A stretch of DNA of 64,000 nt from an uncultured Solirubrobacterales bacterium. Its GTDB lineage: Bacteria; Actinomycetota; Thermoleophilia; Solirubrobacterales; 70-9. The stretch lies in NCBI GenBank assembly GCA_963815045.1, contig CAWFET010000001.1, forward strand, positions 124,072-188,071. The letters run 5' to 3'. Both the position numbers and the translations under genes were made by a program. This document shows positions 6,979-16,781 of the stretch, in pieces (positions within the stretch are counted from its first letter, which is position 1; every line of letters begins with the position of its first letter). The notes below the pieces were generated by a model. That model ran no database searches. It saw only the letters and a program-made list of their open reading frames with translations, and was not told where the DNA came from.

Positions 6979-8283
6979 ATGAGTGCCAGCGTCGTCATCC
7001 CGACGACAATGCGGCGGGCGACCGCCACCGAGGCGGTTGCGTCGGCGCTGGCCGCCGCGGGCCGCCTCGACGGCGGCGAGGTGATCGTCGTCGTGAACGG
7101 GCCGCGGGAGGGACGGCGGCAGCTGGAGCTTCGCTCGTCCCTCCTCAGAGTCCTCGAGTCGCCGGAGGGTCGCGTGGCGAGCGCGCGCAATGTCGGACTG
7201 CGCGAGGCTGCCAACGACGTCGTCCTCTTCACGGACGACGACTGCCTGATGCCCGCGGCGTGGCCGGAGCGGCTCGCCAGGCGGCTACGGACCGACGCCG
7301 CGGCGGTCGCCACGCCTGTCGAGGTGAGACGCGAGGGGCCGGTGACGACGTTCCTCGACTACCAGCGGATCTTCGATCCGCAGCCGGCTGACGCCTCGAC
7401 GGTCGAATTCCCCATTGGCGCGAGTCTCGGCTTCAGGCGGGATCTGGTCGATGTCTCCTTCGACGAGCGAATGACGTTCGGCGACGACGTCGAGTTCGGC
7501 TGTTCCCTTCGCGACCGGGGGATTCCCACCCTCTATGACGCCGAAGCCGGCCCGCTCGTCCACCTGCTCCCCGAGTCGCTTGAGACGATCACGGAGCGCT
7601 TCATCAGATACGGGCGGACCAGCGCCACCCTGTTCCTGCGGGGCGGCCGCGTGGCTTGGTCGATCCCGCGAGCCGCTCCCCTCTATGCGTCCCTCTGCGA
7701 GAACCGGGTTCTCGCGCCCCGTCGCTTCGAGGAGCTGGCGAACCGGGAAGTCAGGACGTTGTTTGCCACCTATGACCTGATCCAGCTCGGCAGCTTCCTC
7801 GTCGGCTACCTCTCGAGGGCAACCGAGATCCTGGGCCGCGAGATCATCGACGTCGACTGGGACGCTCTGGAGCGGGGCTGGGAGGAGATCGAGGCGGCGC
7901 TGCCCGCTCTTCCGGATCGCGACTGGCGAAGCCTGCGGGTCGACTTCGGGCGCTTGGCAACGACCCGCCAGGGGAGACGTCCACCGCTCGCCGCCGAGGT
8001 CGGCAGGCACCTTTTCCGGACCGCCGGTCTCGTCGCGGACCTGGCTGTGGATCACGAGCTCGACGTGGCCGCCGATGAGATCGCGCAGCGTGGGGAGCGA
8101 ATCCAGCGGCGCTCGAACGCGATCTGGACGGAGCTCCGCCGGGGGGCACTTCAGCCGGAGGCGGATGCCCTCGCCAGGCGGCTGAGGGACGTGGGCGTCA
8201 CCTTCCGCGAGGGGATGCAGATGATCGAGGTGAGCACTCAGGGCCCGATCGAGCCGGCGAGGCTGAGGGCCGCTACAGCCTGA
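6979..8283 (+). CDS. Glycosyltransferase family 2 with long C-terminal extension
   Basis: Internal ATG of ORF 6850..8283: MSASVVIPTTMRR..., VIVVVNGP, FTDDDC (DxD-like). The upstream part of the ORF overlaps precursor copy 1 in antisense. Confidence 0.8.
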   Translation: MSASVVIPTTMRRATATEAVASALAAAGRLDGGEVIVVVNGPREGRRQLELRSSLLRVLESPEGRVASARNVGLREAANDVVLFTDDDCLMPAAWPERLARRLRTDAAAVATPVEVRREGPVTTFLDYQRIFDPQPADASTVEFPIGASLGFRRDLVDVSFDERMTFGDDVEFGCSLRDRGIPTLYDAEAGPLVHLLPESLETITERFIRYGRTSATLFLRGGRVAWSIPRAAPLYASLCENRVLAPRRFEELANREVRTLFATYDLIQLGSFLVGYLSRATEILGREIIDVDWDALERGWEEIEAALPALPDRDWRSLRVDFGRLATTRQGRRPPLAAEVGRHLFRTAGLVADLAVDHELDVAADEIAQRGERIQRRSNAIWTELRRGALQPEADALARRLRDVGVTFREGMQMIEVSTQGPIEPARLRAATA

Positions 8284-9529
8284 CCAGGTTCTTGGCCTCG
8301 ATGCCGCGGGTGACTCCGCGGAAGTCGAGGACGAGCGATGAGTCGTCGACCACGCGCTGGTAGTCGATCGTCGGATGGGCGGTGACGATGCAGACCAGGT
8401 CGGCGGACGACAGGGACTCGTCGAGGTCCGCCGAGGACAGCTCGAGGTCCAGGAGCTCGGGGACGTGGGGGTCGTGGTAGGAGACCTCCGCGCCGAGGTC
8501 CCGCAGCAGGCGGATGATCTTGAGCGAGGGCGATTCGCGGATGTCGCCGACGCCGGCCTTGTAGGACACGCCGAGCAGCACCACCCTCGCGCCCTTGGTC
8601 GACTTGCCGACGTCGTTCAGCGCGCGCTCGATCCGGCGGACGCACCAGTGCGGCTGGTTCTGGTTGATCTTCCCGGCGAGCTCGATGAACTCGGTGTAGA
8701 AGTCGTGCTCGCGCGCCTTGTAGGACAGGTAGAAGGGGTCGACCGGCAGGCAGTGGCCCCCCATGCCGGGGCCCGGGTCGAAGCGCATGAAGCCGAAGGG
8801 CTTGGAGGCCGCGGCGTCGATCACCTCCCAGACGTCGATGCCGAGGCGCTCGCAGAGCATCGCCATCTCGTTGACCAGGGCGATGTTGACCGAGCGGAAG
8901 ATGTTCTCGAGCAGCTTGCTGAGCTCGGCGGCATCCGGGCTGCTCACCTCGATGACCTCGTCACAGACGAGGGAGTAGAGCTCGACGGCGCGCTTCGTCG
9001 AATCGTCATTGATTCCGCCGACCACCTTGGGCGTCGTCCGGATGGTGAAGTCGGTGCGGCCCGGGTCGATCCGCTCGGGGGAGAAGGCCAGGTGGAAGTC
9101 CGTGCCGGCCGAGAGCCCCGACTCCTCGAGGATCGGGCGCAGGCGCTCGCGCGTCGTCCCCGGATAGGTCGTGGACTCCAGCACGACCAGCTGGTCCCTC
9201 CGGAGGATCGCGGCGAGCGAAGTGGCCGCGTCCACCATGTAGCTCAGGTCCGGCTCACGCGAGTTGGTGAGCGGGGTCGGGACGCAGATGATCACGGCGT
9301 CGCAGGAGCTCAGGTCGGGGTAGCGGCTCGTCGCGGTCAGACGGTCGCTGAGGGCGGCCAGGCGCTCCGAGGGCACGTCCTCGATGTAGCTGCGGCCCTC
9401 CGCGAGGGCGTCGATCTTGCGCGGGTCGGCGTCGAGGCCCACCACGTCGTGGCCCTCCTCGGCGAAGGCGACGGCAAGCGGCAACCCGACGTATCCGAGC
9501 CCGATGACTCCGACTCTCATGCGCGCCAT
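8273..9529 (-). CDS. Nucleotide-sugar dehydrogenase (UDP-glucose/GDP-mannose dehydrogenase family; WecC/TviB-like)
   Basis: 418 aa with MRVGVIGLGYVGLPLAVAF Rossmann motif, GGHCLPVDP catalytic Cys motif and the C-terminal UDP-binding domain. Confidence 0.9.
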   Translation of the reverse strand: MARMRVGVIGLGYVGLPLAVAFAEEGHDVVGLDADPRKIDALAEGRSYIEDVPSERLAALSDRLTATSRYPDLSSCDAVIICVPTPLTNSREPDLSYMVDAATSLAAILRRDQLVVLESTTYPGTTRERLRPILEESGLSAGTDFHLAFSPERIDPGRTDFTIRTTPKVVGGINDDSTKRAVELYSLVCDEVIEVSSPDAAELSKLLENIFRSVNIALVNEMAMLCERLGIDVWEVIDAAASKPFGFMRFDPGPGMGGHCLPVDPFYLSYKAREHDFYTEFIELAGKINQNQPHWCVRRIERALNDVGKSTKGARVVLLGVSYKAGVGDIRESPSLKIIRLLRDLGAEVSYHDPHVPELLDLELSSADLDESLSSADLVCIVTAHPTIDYQRVVDDSSLVLDFRGVTRGIEAKNLVRL

Positions 9530-9542
9530 GTTAGGGAGGGGG

Positions 9543-11957
9543 TTACTTGGCGCTGGACTTCTTCTTGCCTTGCTGCGCGGCCTGGGCGGCCGGCTGGACG
9601 CCGATCAGGTGGTCGACGAACAGGCCGCAGGCCGCGGCCGTCGGCAGCACCTTGAAGCCATCGGGATTGACGGCCGTCAGGTTGCCGATCACGGCGGGCG
9701 CGTCCACGCCGATCAGTGACTGGAACCAGTTGACGTCGTCGGCGGTGACGGTGACGGTGACCGGCCCGCCCTTGCTGGTGATGGTGCCGACCGGCCAGTA
9801 GGGGCCCTGATCGGGCCGGTAGGGGATCGCGGCGTCGACTCCCGCGGGCAGGTGTGCGTCGAGGCCGGGCGCCCTGACCGTCACGCCCGTGACCGGGCTG
9901 ACGTACTGCAGCGACAGCTCCCAGCGGCCGGCGGGCAGGCTGATTCGCTGGCTCGCGGTCTGGCCGGGCGCCAGGTTGTTGTCGATCGGCGCCCGCTTGG
10001 CGGCCGCTACCCCGCCCTCGCCCAGCGCGCCGCTGGCGCCGCCGGCCTTCCAGTAGAGCCTCTTCGCGATCACGGTGCGCGGCTGCCAGGTGAGCGCCTC
10101 GCCGCCCTGGGTGACGTAGTTGCGGAACTTCGGCTTCTTGCAGCGGAAGATGCGGCCGGGCCGGGCCTCCTCGGCGAGCTGCTGGATCGGCGGCGTCTTG
10201 CCCGTCCGCTTCCAGAGCCGGTAGGACTCGGTCGAATCGACGAGCCTCCATCCGGGCGGCGCCTGGCTCTGGTAGATCGCGCTCGTCGTGACGGCGTAGG
10301 GGAAGTCGTTGAGGACGGAGGTGGGCACCGTGTCGAAGTCGATCGGGAGCCGCTGCGACTTCGATCCCACTGAGTCGACGCGGATCTCCGCGTTGAAGGC
10401 GGGGCTCGAGACCTCGGCGGTGCGGAGGCCGTAGTCGCTGAACCGGTCGCCGGTCAGGGCGAGGACCCTCTGCCCCGCGACAGTGTCCTGGAACTCGGCG
10501 AGCTGCTCGAGGCGGTCGTGCGGCGCGATCACCGTGTCACGCAGGGCCAGGAAGGTCGAGTAGCCGGCCAGCGCGATGAAGACGACCGCGAAGATCCGCT
10601 TCGGCCAGCCGCCCCCTGGCGCCAGCAGCGCAGCGAGCACCAGCAGCATGACCACCGAGGCCGGCACCACCACCGCCTTGGCGAGGATGTAGAGGCCGCC
10701 GGTCTCGATGTACTTCGTCGCGAGCCAGATCAGGATGCCGGAGATCACCGCGGCGGGAACGGCATAGTCGATGCGCCCGATCCACCAGACGAGGCCGATG
10801 ACGAGGCCGACCAGGCCGATCGCGCCGAAGATCCAGAAGTGCGCCACATCGTGCGTACCCAGGAGCCAGTTGCCACTGGGCCAGATGCCGAGCGTCTCCA
10901 GTGGCGAGACGACGTATCGGAGCTTGCTGTCGGTGCCGGCGACGTTCCCGATCGAGCCCGACTGGATGAAGTCGATGATCTTCGGGAGCTGCGTGAGCGC
11001 GGCCAGCACGAGCAGGATCAGCGCCGGGATGACGATTCGCAGCGAGCCGCGGACAACGTCCCGGACTCCCTGGGACCCCTTCTCCGCCCGGATCTGGAGG
11101 AGCTCGGCGAGGGCCCAGAGCCCGGCGGTGACGACCAGCCACGCCACGCCCGGGAGGCTGTAGACGGGGATCATCGCCGCCGCGATCAGCGCGAGGCCGA
11201 TCACGATCGCGACCCGCCCCTCGGGCTGGCGTTTGATCTCCCTGAGCCCGAGGGCGAAGGCGATCAGGAACATCCCGGCGATCAGCTCCTTGAAGCCGGC
11301 GATGCCCAGCACCGAGGCCGTCAGGAAGGCGAGCGAGACGAGGACCGCACCGAGCAGGCGGCGCGCGCCGGGCAGCTCACGCAGGCCGCCGAGGGCGGTG
11401 ATGCCGGTGAGCGCGGGGGCCGCGACCAGCAGCCCGAGCCAGCCCCAGAGCGGCTGCGTGCCGAGCACGCTGACCACCGTCCCCACGAGGCTGTGCGGTC
11501 CCAGGGGGTAGCCGTTGATCACGCTCTGCGGCGTCGGCCTGCTCGGATCGACGAGGTAGTCGACGTCGACCAGGTGCATGGCCATGTCGTTGTTGAGCCC
11601 CACTCCGGGAATGCCGATGTGGCCGCTCGCGATGAACGGGAACGAGGCGAGCAGCAGGCACACCAGCGCGACCGGCGTCGCGATGCCCGCGGCGGGGCCG
11701 AACACCGACTCGGGCCGGACGATCAGGAAGACGATCGACGCGACGACCAGGATCGCGCAGCAGACGATCGAGGTGGCCTCGTTGCCGGGCAGCTTGATGG
11801 CGACCGTGCAGACGAGGATCAGCGTCGCCAGGCCGACCGCGCCCTCGAGAAAGGATGCCTCCCGCCGGCCGAGCGCGAGCAACAGCGCCCGGCCGACCAG
11901 CAGGGACGCGAGCAGGATGATCCCTGCGGAGACGTAGGTTCCGGCGAAGGCGCCCAC
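9543..11957 (-). CDS. Large polytopic membrane protein (804 aa) with C-terminal extracytoplasmic domain; possible GT-C-type transferase or polymerase
   Basis: More than 12 hydrophobic segments over the first ~480 aa, then a soluble beta-rich tail. I recognise no motif. Confidence 0.6.
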   Translation of the reverse strand: MGAFAGTYVSAGIILLASLLVGRALLLALGRREASFLEGAVGLATLILVCTVAIKLPGNEATSIVCCAILVVASIVFLIVRPESVFGPAAGIATPVALVCLLLASFPFIASGHIGIPGVGLNNDMAMHLVDVDYLVDPSRPTPQSVINGYPLGPHSLVGTVVSVLGTQPLWGWLGLLVAAPALTGITALGGLRELPGARRLLGAVLVSLAFLTASVLGIAGFKELIAGMFLIAFALGLREIKRQPEGRVAIVIGLALIAAAMIPVYSLPGVAWLVVTAGLWALAELLQIRAEKGSQGVRDVVRGSLRIVIPALILLVLAALTQLPKIIDFIQSGSIGNVAGTDSKLRYVVSPLETLGIWPSGNWLLGTHDVAHFWIFGAIGLVGLVIGLVWWIGRIDYAVPAAVISGILIWLATKYIETGGLYILAKAVVVPASVVMLLVLAALLAPGGGWPKRIFAVVFIALAGYSTFLALRDTVIAPHDRLEQLAEFQDTVAGQRVLALTGDRFSDYGLRTAEVSSPAFNAEIRVDSVGSKSQRLPIDFDTVPTSVLNDFPYAVTTSAIYQSQAPPGWRLVDSTESYRLWKRTGKTPPIQQLAEEARPGRIFRCKKPKFRNYVTQGGEALTWQPRTVIAKRLYWKAGGASGALGEGGVAAAKRAPIDNNLAPGQTASQRISLPAGRWELSLQYVSPVTGVTVRAPGLDAHLPAGVDAAIPYRPDQGPYWPVGTITSKGGPVTVTVTADDVNWFQSLIGVDAPAVIGNLTAVNPDGFKVLPTAAACGLFVDHLIGVQPAAQAAQQGKKKSSAK

Positions 11958-12011
11958 GGAGGCGGACAGGATATTGGGGCCGGGGAAAAGCGGGGCTGAG
12001 CGTCAGATGAT

Positions 12012-13025
12012 CTAGGCCCCGATGCGGTCCCTGGTCGATTCCCCGCGCTCGCGCCCGAGGGTCAGGAACTGGTCGAGCGGATATCCCCAGCGCAGCCCGC
12101 GGAGGACCTCCCAGTCGGACCGCCTCCTCACGGAGTCGACCTGGTCGCGGCGCCCGCGCATCTGCGACCGGTTCGCGCGGACCCAGCCGTAGCTCCGCCA
12201 CTTGGCGCGCAGGAACTTCGGCCCGCGCAGCAGGCAGTAGCCCCACATCATCAGCTCGCTGAGGGCGAGCAGCGGGGAGATCGCCAGGCGCGTCCGCCCG
12301 CGCAGGTCACAGACCAGCATCTTCCAGCGGTTGCGCTCGAGCAGGAACAGCTTGTGGGGGAACATCGAGAGGTGGTAGTCGTGGGCGACCGTGGAGCCGG
12401 GCTCGCACCAGATCTCGTTGCCGGAGATGCGCAGGAGCCAGGAGAGCTCGACGTCCTCGAAGTAGAGGAAGCCGCTCTCGTCCCAGCCACCGAGCTGCTC
12501 GAGCAGGTCCCTGCGGATGAGGAAGGCCGCGCCGTGGAGCCCAGTCACCTGGAACGCCTCGCTCCCGGCGACGTCGCGCGGCTTCCCCAGCCAGCGGTTG
12601 AAGCCGAGCCCGGTCTTGTTGAGGTTCTGCCCCGCGGCCATGATCCGGCCCGGGTCGGAATCGAGCAGGATCAGCGGGCAGGCGACGCCGGCGGCCGGGT
12701 TCGCCTCCAGGAGCGCGACCAGCGGATCGAGCCAGCCGGCGCCGACCACGACGTCCATGTTGAGGACGGCGATGTGGGCGCCCTCGGCCTCCCCCGATGC
12801 GAAGTTGACCGCCCCCGCGTAGCCGCGATTCGTGGGGGACCGGAGCAGGCGGACCTCGTCACGCTCGTCGGCCAGCCGCTCGGCGATCGCGGCGCTGCCG
12901 TCCGAGGAGGCGTTGTCCACCACCAGCACCTCGATCCGCTGCTCGCCGGAGTGCTCGAGCACGGCGCGAACGCACCCCTCCAGGGAGTCGGCGCCGTTGT
13001 AGTTGACGACTACGACCGAGACCAG
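12012..13025 (-). CDS. Glycosyltransferase family 2 (rhamnosyltransferase-like)
   Basis: VSVVVVNYNGADSLEGCV...VLVVDNASSDGS...NRGYAGAVN. The GT2 domain starts right at the stop of the upstream gene (13010). The only start-like codon there is CTG at 13025, preceded by GGAAGG. The ATG of the track ORF (13280) would overlap the upstream gene by 270 nt. Confidence 0.75.
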   Translation of the reverse strand: MVSVVVVNYNGADSLEGCVRAVLEHSGEQRIEVLVVDNASSDGSAAIAERLADERDEVRLLRSPTNRGYAGAVNFASGEAEGAHIAVLNMDVVVGAGWLDPLVALLEANPAAGVACPLILLDSDPGRIMAAGQNLNKTGLGFNRWLGKPRDVAGSEAFQVTGLHGAAFLIRRDLLEQLGGWDESGFLYFEDVELSWLLRISGNEIWCEPGSTVAHDYHLSMFPHKLFLLERNRWKMLVCDLRGRTRLAISPLLALSELMMWGYCLLRGPKFLRAKWRSYGWVRANRSQMRGRRDQVDSVRRRSDWEVLRGLRWGYPLDQFLTLGRERGESTRDRIGA

Positions 13026-14224
13026 TGGGAGGAGCCTTCCTCGGCGAGACGGCTGATCCGGCCGCTGAAGATCGAGATGAAGAGCGCGGCCGAGAGCATC
13101 TGCAGGCCGAGGACCAGGAAGCTGGTGGAGAGGACCAGCGCCCGCGTGTCGGTGAAGACGTTGTTGCCGGCCCACTGGACGGTGAGCTGGACCAGCTTGG
13201 CGAACGAGCCCAGCATCAGCACCAGCCCGAGGGCCGCCACGCCGAGCCGGAAGCGAACCGAGATCACGCGCAGCAGCCACCGCGGCGGCTCCTTGCCGGC
13301 CTCGACGCCGTAGAGGGCGGCGGCGACGCCGAAGATCACCAGCTGGAAGGAGGCCAGCACGCCGAGCGTCACGACGATGAAGCTGTTGATGTCGAGGCCG
13401 AGGAAGAAGGTCTTCACCGGCCCGGCGATGGCGAGCGCGATCGCCCCGGTGATCGTCACTCCCAGCAGGGCGAGGCCCGGCACGATGAAGCTGAGCGTCG
13501 GGTTGTAGATCAGCAGCAGCACGATCACCCGGCCGAGGATCCGCAGCCCGTCCTTCCAGGGGCTGAGCTTCTTCTCGCCGACCCGCGGCAGGTAGGAAAT
13601 GGGTATCTCCGCCTCGCGCAGTCCACGCGCCTTCGCCTTGATGCCGATCTCGGTCTCGATGTCGAAGCCGCGAGCCTCGGTGCCGAGCCGCACCGCCTCA
13701 GAGCGCCGGATCGCGTAGAGGCCGGTGAGCTGGTCGGCTCCCTCGAGCCCGTGGCTGATCGCGAGCAGCTTGTTGAAGAGCCAGTTCCCGATGCGGTTCA
13801 CTGCCGGCATCGACTCGGGCTCTGACTCGCGGATGCCGCGGACGAGGTCGTTCTCGTCGAGCAGGTCGACCATCTCCTTGATGGCCGGAACCGGGTAGGT
13901 CGCGTCCGCGTCCATGATCACGACGTTCTCGCCCTGCGCCTCGGCGATCCCCGTGCGGATCGCGACGCCCTTGCCGCGGTTGTCCTTGTGCTGGATGAGG
14001 CGGACCGGGTAGCGCTCCGCAACCTCGGCGGTGTCGTCGGTCGAGCCGTCGTCGATCACCAGCACCTCGTAGGAGCTGTCCAGGTACTCGCCGAGCTCCG
14101 TGAGGACGTGCGGGAGCGCCGCGCCCTCGTTGTACGCGGGAAGCAAGACGGTCGTGCGGATGGCGTCGGCGCCTGCGGCGCTCTCGCCCCCCGCCTTCTG
14201 CGAAGCGGTAACCGCCATGGGCAC
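13010..14224 (-). CDS. GT2 polyprenyl-phosphate glycosyltransferase (DPM1/GtrB-like) with C-terminal TM helices
   Basis: TTVLLPAYNEG...VLVIDDGSTDDT...NRGKGVAIRTG...VIMDADATY, then 4 hydrophobic helices. Confidence 0.85.
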   Translation of the reverse strand: MPMAVTASQKAGGESAAGADAIRTTVLLPAYNEGAALPHVLTELGEYLDSSYEVLVIDDGSTDDTAEVAERYPVRLIQHKDNRGKGVAIRTGIAEAQGENVVIMDADATYPVPAIKEMVDLLDENDLVRGIRESEPESMPAVNRIGNWLFNKLLAISHGLEGADQLTGLYAIRRSEAVRLGTEARGFDIETEIGIKAKARGLREAEIPISYLPRVGEKKLSPWKDGLRILGRVIVLLLIYNPTLSFIVPGLALLGVTITGAIALAIAGPVKTFFLGLDINSFIVVTLGVLASFQLVIFGVAAALYGVEAGKEPPRWLLRVISVRFRLGVAALGLVLMLGSFAKLVQLTVQWAGNNVFTDTRALVLSTSFLVLGLQMLSAALFISIFSGRISRLAEEGSSHWSRS

Positions 14225-14272
14225 GCGAAAGATAGGGGTGCGGGGACGAGGGTGTGGGCGGGTTCCGCCCGC

Positions 14273-14797
14273 CTATTCGCCGGCGGCCCGGCGCGCCTTC
14301 ATGATCTCCTCGCGCTCGGTCAGGCGGTTGCGCCTCCGGGTTTCGGCCTCCCGCTGGCGCCGCTCCTCGGTCGGCCCCTCGACCTGCAGCGGGGGCACGG
14401 GCAGGGGGTTGCCGTGCTCGTCGACGGCGACCATCGTCAGGTAGGCCGTGCTCGTGTGGCGCACCGCCCGCGTGACGGCGTTCTCAGCCTCGACCCGGAC
14501 GCCGACCTCCATCGAGGTTCGCCAGGCGGCGTTGACGCTCGCGATGCAGCGCAGCAGCTCGCCGACGTAGAGCGGCAGGGCGAAGGTCATCCGATCCATG
14601 CCGGCGGTCACCACCCGGCAGCCGCTGTGGCGGATCGCAGCGATCCCGGCGACCTCGTCGCACATCCTCATCACCACGCCGCCGTGGATGAACCCGGCGG
14701 AGTTCGCGTCCTGGATGCTCATCCAGCGGATCAGCTCGGACTTCGACGCCTCGACGGTGCGCGGCGCATCGCGTGACTGCTCCCTTGCGTCGGCCAT
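14273..14797 (-). CDS. Acyl-CoA thioesterase (hotdog fold, YciA/BFIT-like)
   Basis: 174 aa: ANSAGFIHGGVVMRMCDEVAGIAA...VTAGMDRMTFALPLYVGELL...VRVEAEN. Confidence 0.8.
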   Translation of the reverse strand: MADAREQSRDAPRTVEASKSELIRWMSIQDANSAGFIHGGVVMRMCDEVAGIAAIRHSGCRVVTAGMDRMTFALPLYVGELLRCIASVNAAWRTSMEVGVRVEAENAVTRAVRHTSTAYLTMVAVDEHGNPLPVPPLQVEGPTEERRQREAETRRRNRLTEREEIMKARRAAGE

Positions 14798-14833
14798 CTG
14801 GCGCGATCCTAGTGGGGGCTACTCTGCGCCGGA

Positions 14834-15667
14834 ATGTCCCGCCACGGCGACATCACGGTCGTGATCCCCTGCTTCAACCACGGGCGCTTCCTGCTCGAGT
14901 CGGTCGACCGCGCCCTGGGCCAGGACGGCGGCCCGCCCCGCGTGATCGTGGTCGACGATGGCTCCACCGATGCCGAGACGGAGCGGGCGCTCGCCGAGCT
15001 GCCCGAGGAGGTCGAGTTGATCCGCCAGCAGAACGCCGGCGTCGCGGCCGCCCGGAACGCGGGCTTCGAGGCGTCGGACTCCGAGCTGCTCCTGATGGTC
15101 GACGCCGATGACCGCCTCACCGCCGATGCCCTCGACACGCTCCGCCCGCCTCTCGAGGCCAATCCGGACGTGGGCTACTGCTACGGGCTGATGAAGCTGA
15201 TCGGGGCCTGGTCCGGCGTCCTGCGCTTCCCCGACTTCGACCCCTACATCCTCCTGCACCGCTCGATCGCCGGCGCTCAGCTCGGACTGGTCCGGCGACG
15301 GTGCTGGGAGGACGCGGGCGGCTTCGACCCGGCGATCGACGGCTACGAGGACTGGGACTTCTGCCTGAGCGCGCTGGAGAAGGGCTGGCGCGGCCTCCAG
15401 ATCGACCAGGTGACGCACGAGTACCGCAAGCACGAGCGCTCCGGAGAGGAGGGCCATCGCCGCCAGTACCGGCACATCTACCGCCAGCTGCGCGCCAAGC
15501 ACGCGGAGCTGTTCGCCCGGCGCCCGGAGTTTGCCCGCGAGACACCGCTCGGGCCGCTCCACCGTCTCGTCTACCGGACGTACTTCGCCTGGCGCCCCGT
15601 GCCGGCGAAGCTCGAGAAGGCCCTCTACCGCAACGTCGTCTTCCGGAGGCGAACCGCCGCCCAGTAG
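14834..15667 (+). CDS. Glycosyltransferase family 2
   Basis: ITVVIPCFNHGRFLLESV...VIVVDDGSTD...MVDADD. Confidence 0.85.
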   Translation: MSRHGDITVVIPCFNHGRFLLESVDRALGQDGGPPRVIVVDDGSTDAETERALAELPEEVELIRQQNAGVAAARNAGFEASDSELLLMVDADDRLTADALDTLRPPLEANPDVGYCYGLMKLIGAWSGVLRFPDFDPYILLHRSIAGAQLGLVRRRCWEDAGGFDPAIDGYEDWDFCLSALEKGWRGLQIDQVTHEYRKHERSGEEGHRRQYRHIYRQLRAKHAELFARRPEFARETPLGPLHRLVYRTYFAWRPVPAKLEKALYRNVVFRRRTAAQ

Positions 15668-15722
15668 TCACAGACGAGCCCTCCATTTCGTCCCCTGAGT
15701 GAGAGCGACGAAAGGAGCCGTC

Positions 15723-16037
15723 ATGAACATCGACCCGAAGGCACGCGAGCGGGCGGAGATCGTCGAGGAGTACTCCAAGTGGGGCGTGGGCGCCGGGATC
15801 CTCGTGGTGGCGCTCGCACCGCTCGCGATCCCGATCCTGGTCCTCACCCTCGCCACCCTGGTCCTCCTGGCGGTGCCGGCGATCCCACTCGTGCTGATCG
15901 CCGGGCTCGTCTACCTGCCCGTCAGGGCCGTTCGCGGCCTGCGTGCGCGCCGCAGGGCCCTACGCGGCGGCGCGGCAGAGGAAGAGGTGCTCGTCGGGGT
16001 CGAGCTCGCACCGGCTCACCACCGTCTCGTCGAATAG
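15723..16037 (+). CDS. Small membrane protein, hypothetical
   Basis: ATG at 15723 is preceded by AAAGGAG. Sequence MNIDPKARERAEIVEEYSKWGVGAGILVVALAPLAIPILVLTLATLVLLAVPAIPLVLIAGLVYLP gives 2 TM helices. The last 78 nt overlap the convergent methyltransferase gene, so the true stop region is uncertain. Confidence 0.45.
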   Translation: MNIDPKARERAEIVEEYSKWGVGAGILVVALAPLAIPILVLTLATLVLLAVPAIPLVLIAGLVYLPVRAVRGLRARRRALRGGAAEEEVLVGVELAPAHHRLVE

Positions 16038-16781
16038 CTCCGCCGACGTACGGTCCTCGACCTCGAAGCCGGCCTCTCGGAGGCGGTCGGCCAGATCCGC
16101 GCCGTAGATGCGGACGTGATCCTGCTGGCCGAAGGCGACCATCCGGCCGAGCGGAGAGGTGACCCGGGGGTCCTCGTAGGTGGCGACCGCCGGGCGATAC
16201 GGCGTCAGCACCAGGGTCAGGCCGCCGGGAACCAGAACCCGGTGGAGCTCCGACATCGCCGCATGGTCATCGGGGACGTGCTCGAGCACGTGGCTGCAGA
16301 GGATCAGGTCGAAGGAGTCGTCCGGGAGGTCCATCCGCGTGATGTCCAGCGCGAGGTCCGCGGGGGCGTAGAGGTCGGCGGTCGTCCGCTCGATCTCGGG
16401 CAGCCGGGCGAAGACGGGGTCGAACAGCGGCTCGGGGGCGAAGTGGAGGAGCCGCCGCCCGGTCAGCCGGCCGCGGGCGAGCAGCAGGGCGATCGCGCGA
16501 TGGCGCGGATGGGAGCGGCAGCGCGGGCAGATGCCGCCGAAGCCGGCGAGCCGGCGCTGCGACATCCGCTTGAAGTGACCGCCGCAGCAGGGGCACTCGC
16601 TGCCCTCGCCGCGAAGCAGCCGCGCGCTGATCCGGCCGTTCAGCTCCGCGGCGCCGTACATCACGCGAGCGAGCCGGTGGTGACGCAGGACCCACTCGAT
16701 CCCCTCAGCGAGCCAGACGGCGATCCGCAGCCGCAGCGACGGACCTTCGAACACAGGCCCCCCTCGGGGAGCGTCAGCCAC
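15960..16781 (-). CDS. Class I SAM-dependent methyltransferase with N-terminal Cys4 zinc-ribbon
   Basis: CPCCGG...CPRCRS, then LLHFAPEP...FDLILCSHVLEHVPDD...LVPGG. Confidence 0.8.
   Translation of the reverse strand: MADAPRGGPVFEGPSLRLRIAVWLAEGIEWVLRHHRLARVMYGAAELNGRISARLLRGEGSECPCCGGHFKRMSQRRLAGFGGICPRCRSHPRHRAIALLLARGRLTGRRLLHFAPEPLFDPVFARLPEIERTTADLYAPADLALDITRMDLPDDSFDLILCSHVLEHVPDDHAAMSELHRVLVPGGLTLVLTPYRPAVATYEDPRVTSPLGRMVAFGQQDHVRIYGADLADRLREAGFEVEDRTSAELFDETVVSRCELDPDEHLFLCRAAA

Noticed and set aside
6738-7313. 191-aa minus-strand ORF
   Set aside because: Only its last 44 codons (precursor copy 1, with its own SD and ATG) are credible. The upstream part is antisense to a GT2 gene with clear motifs.
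14225-14272. Hairpin gggcgg-gtt-ccgccc after the thioesterase gene, as a possible intrinsic terminator
   Set aside because: The stem is only 6 bp, there is no U-tract on the transcribed strand, and the downstream GT2 gene may be co-transcribed.
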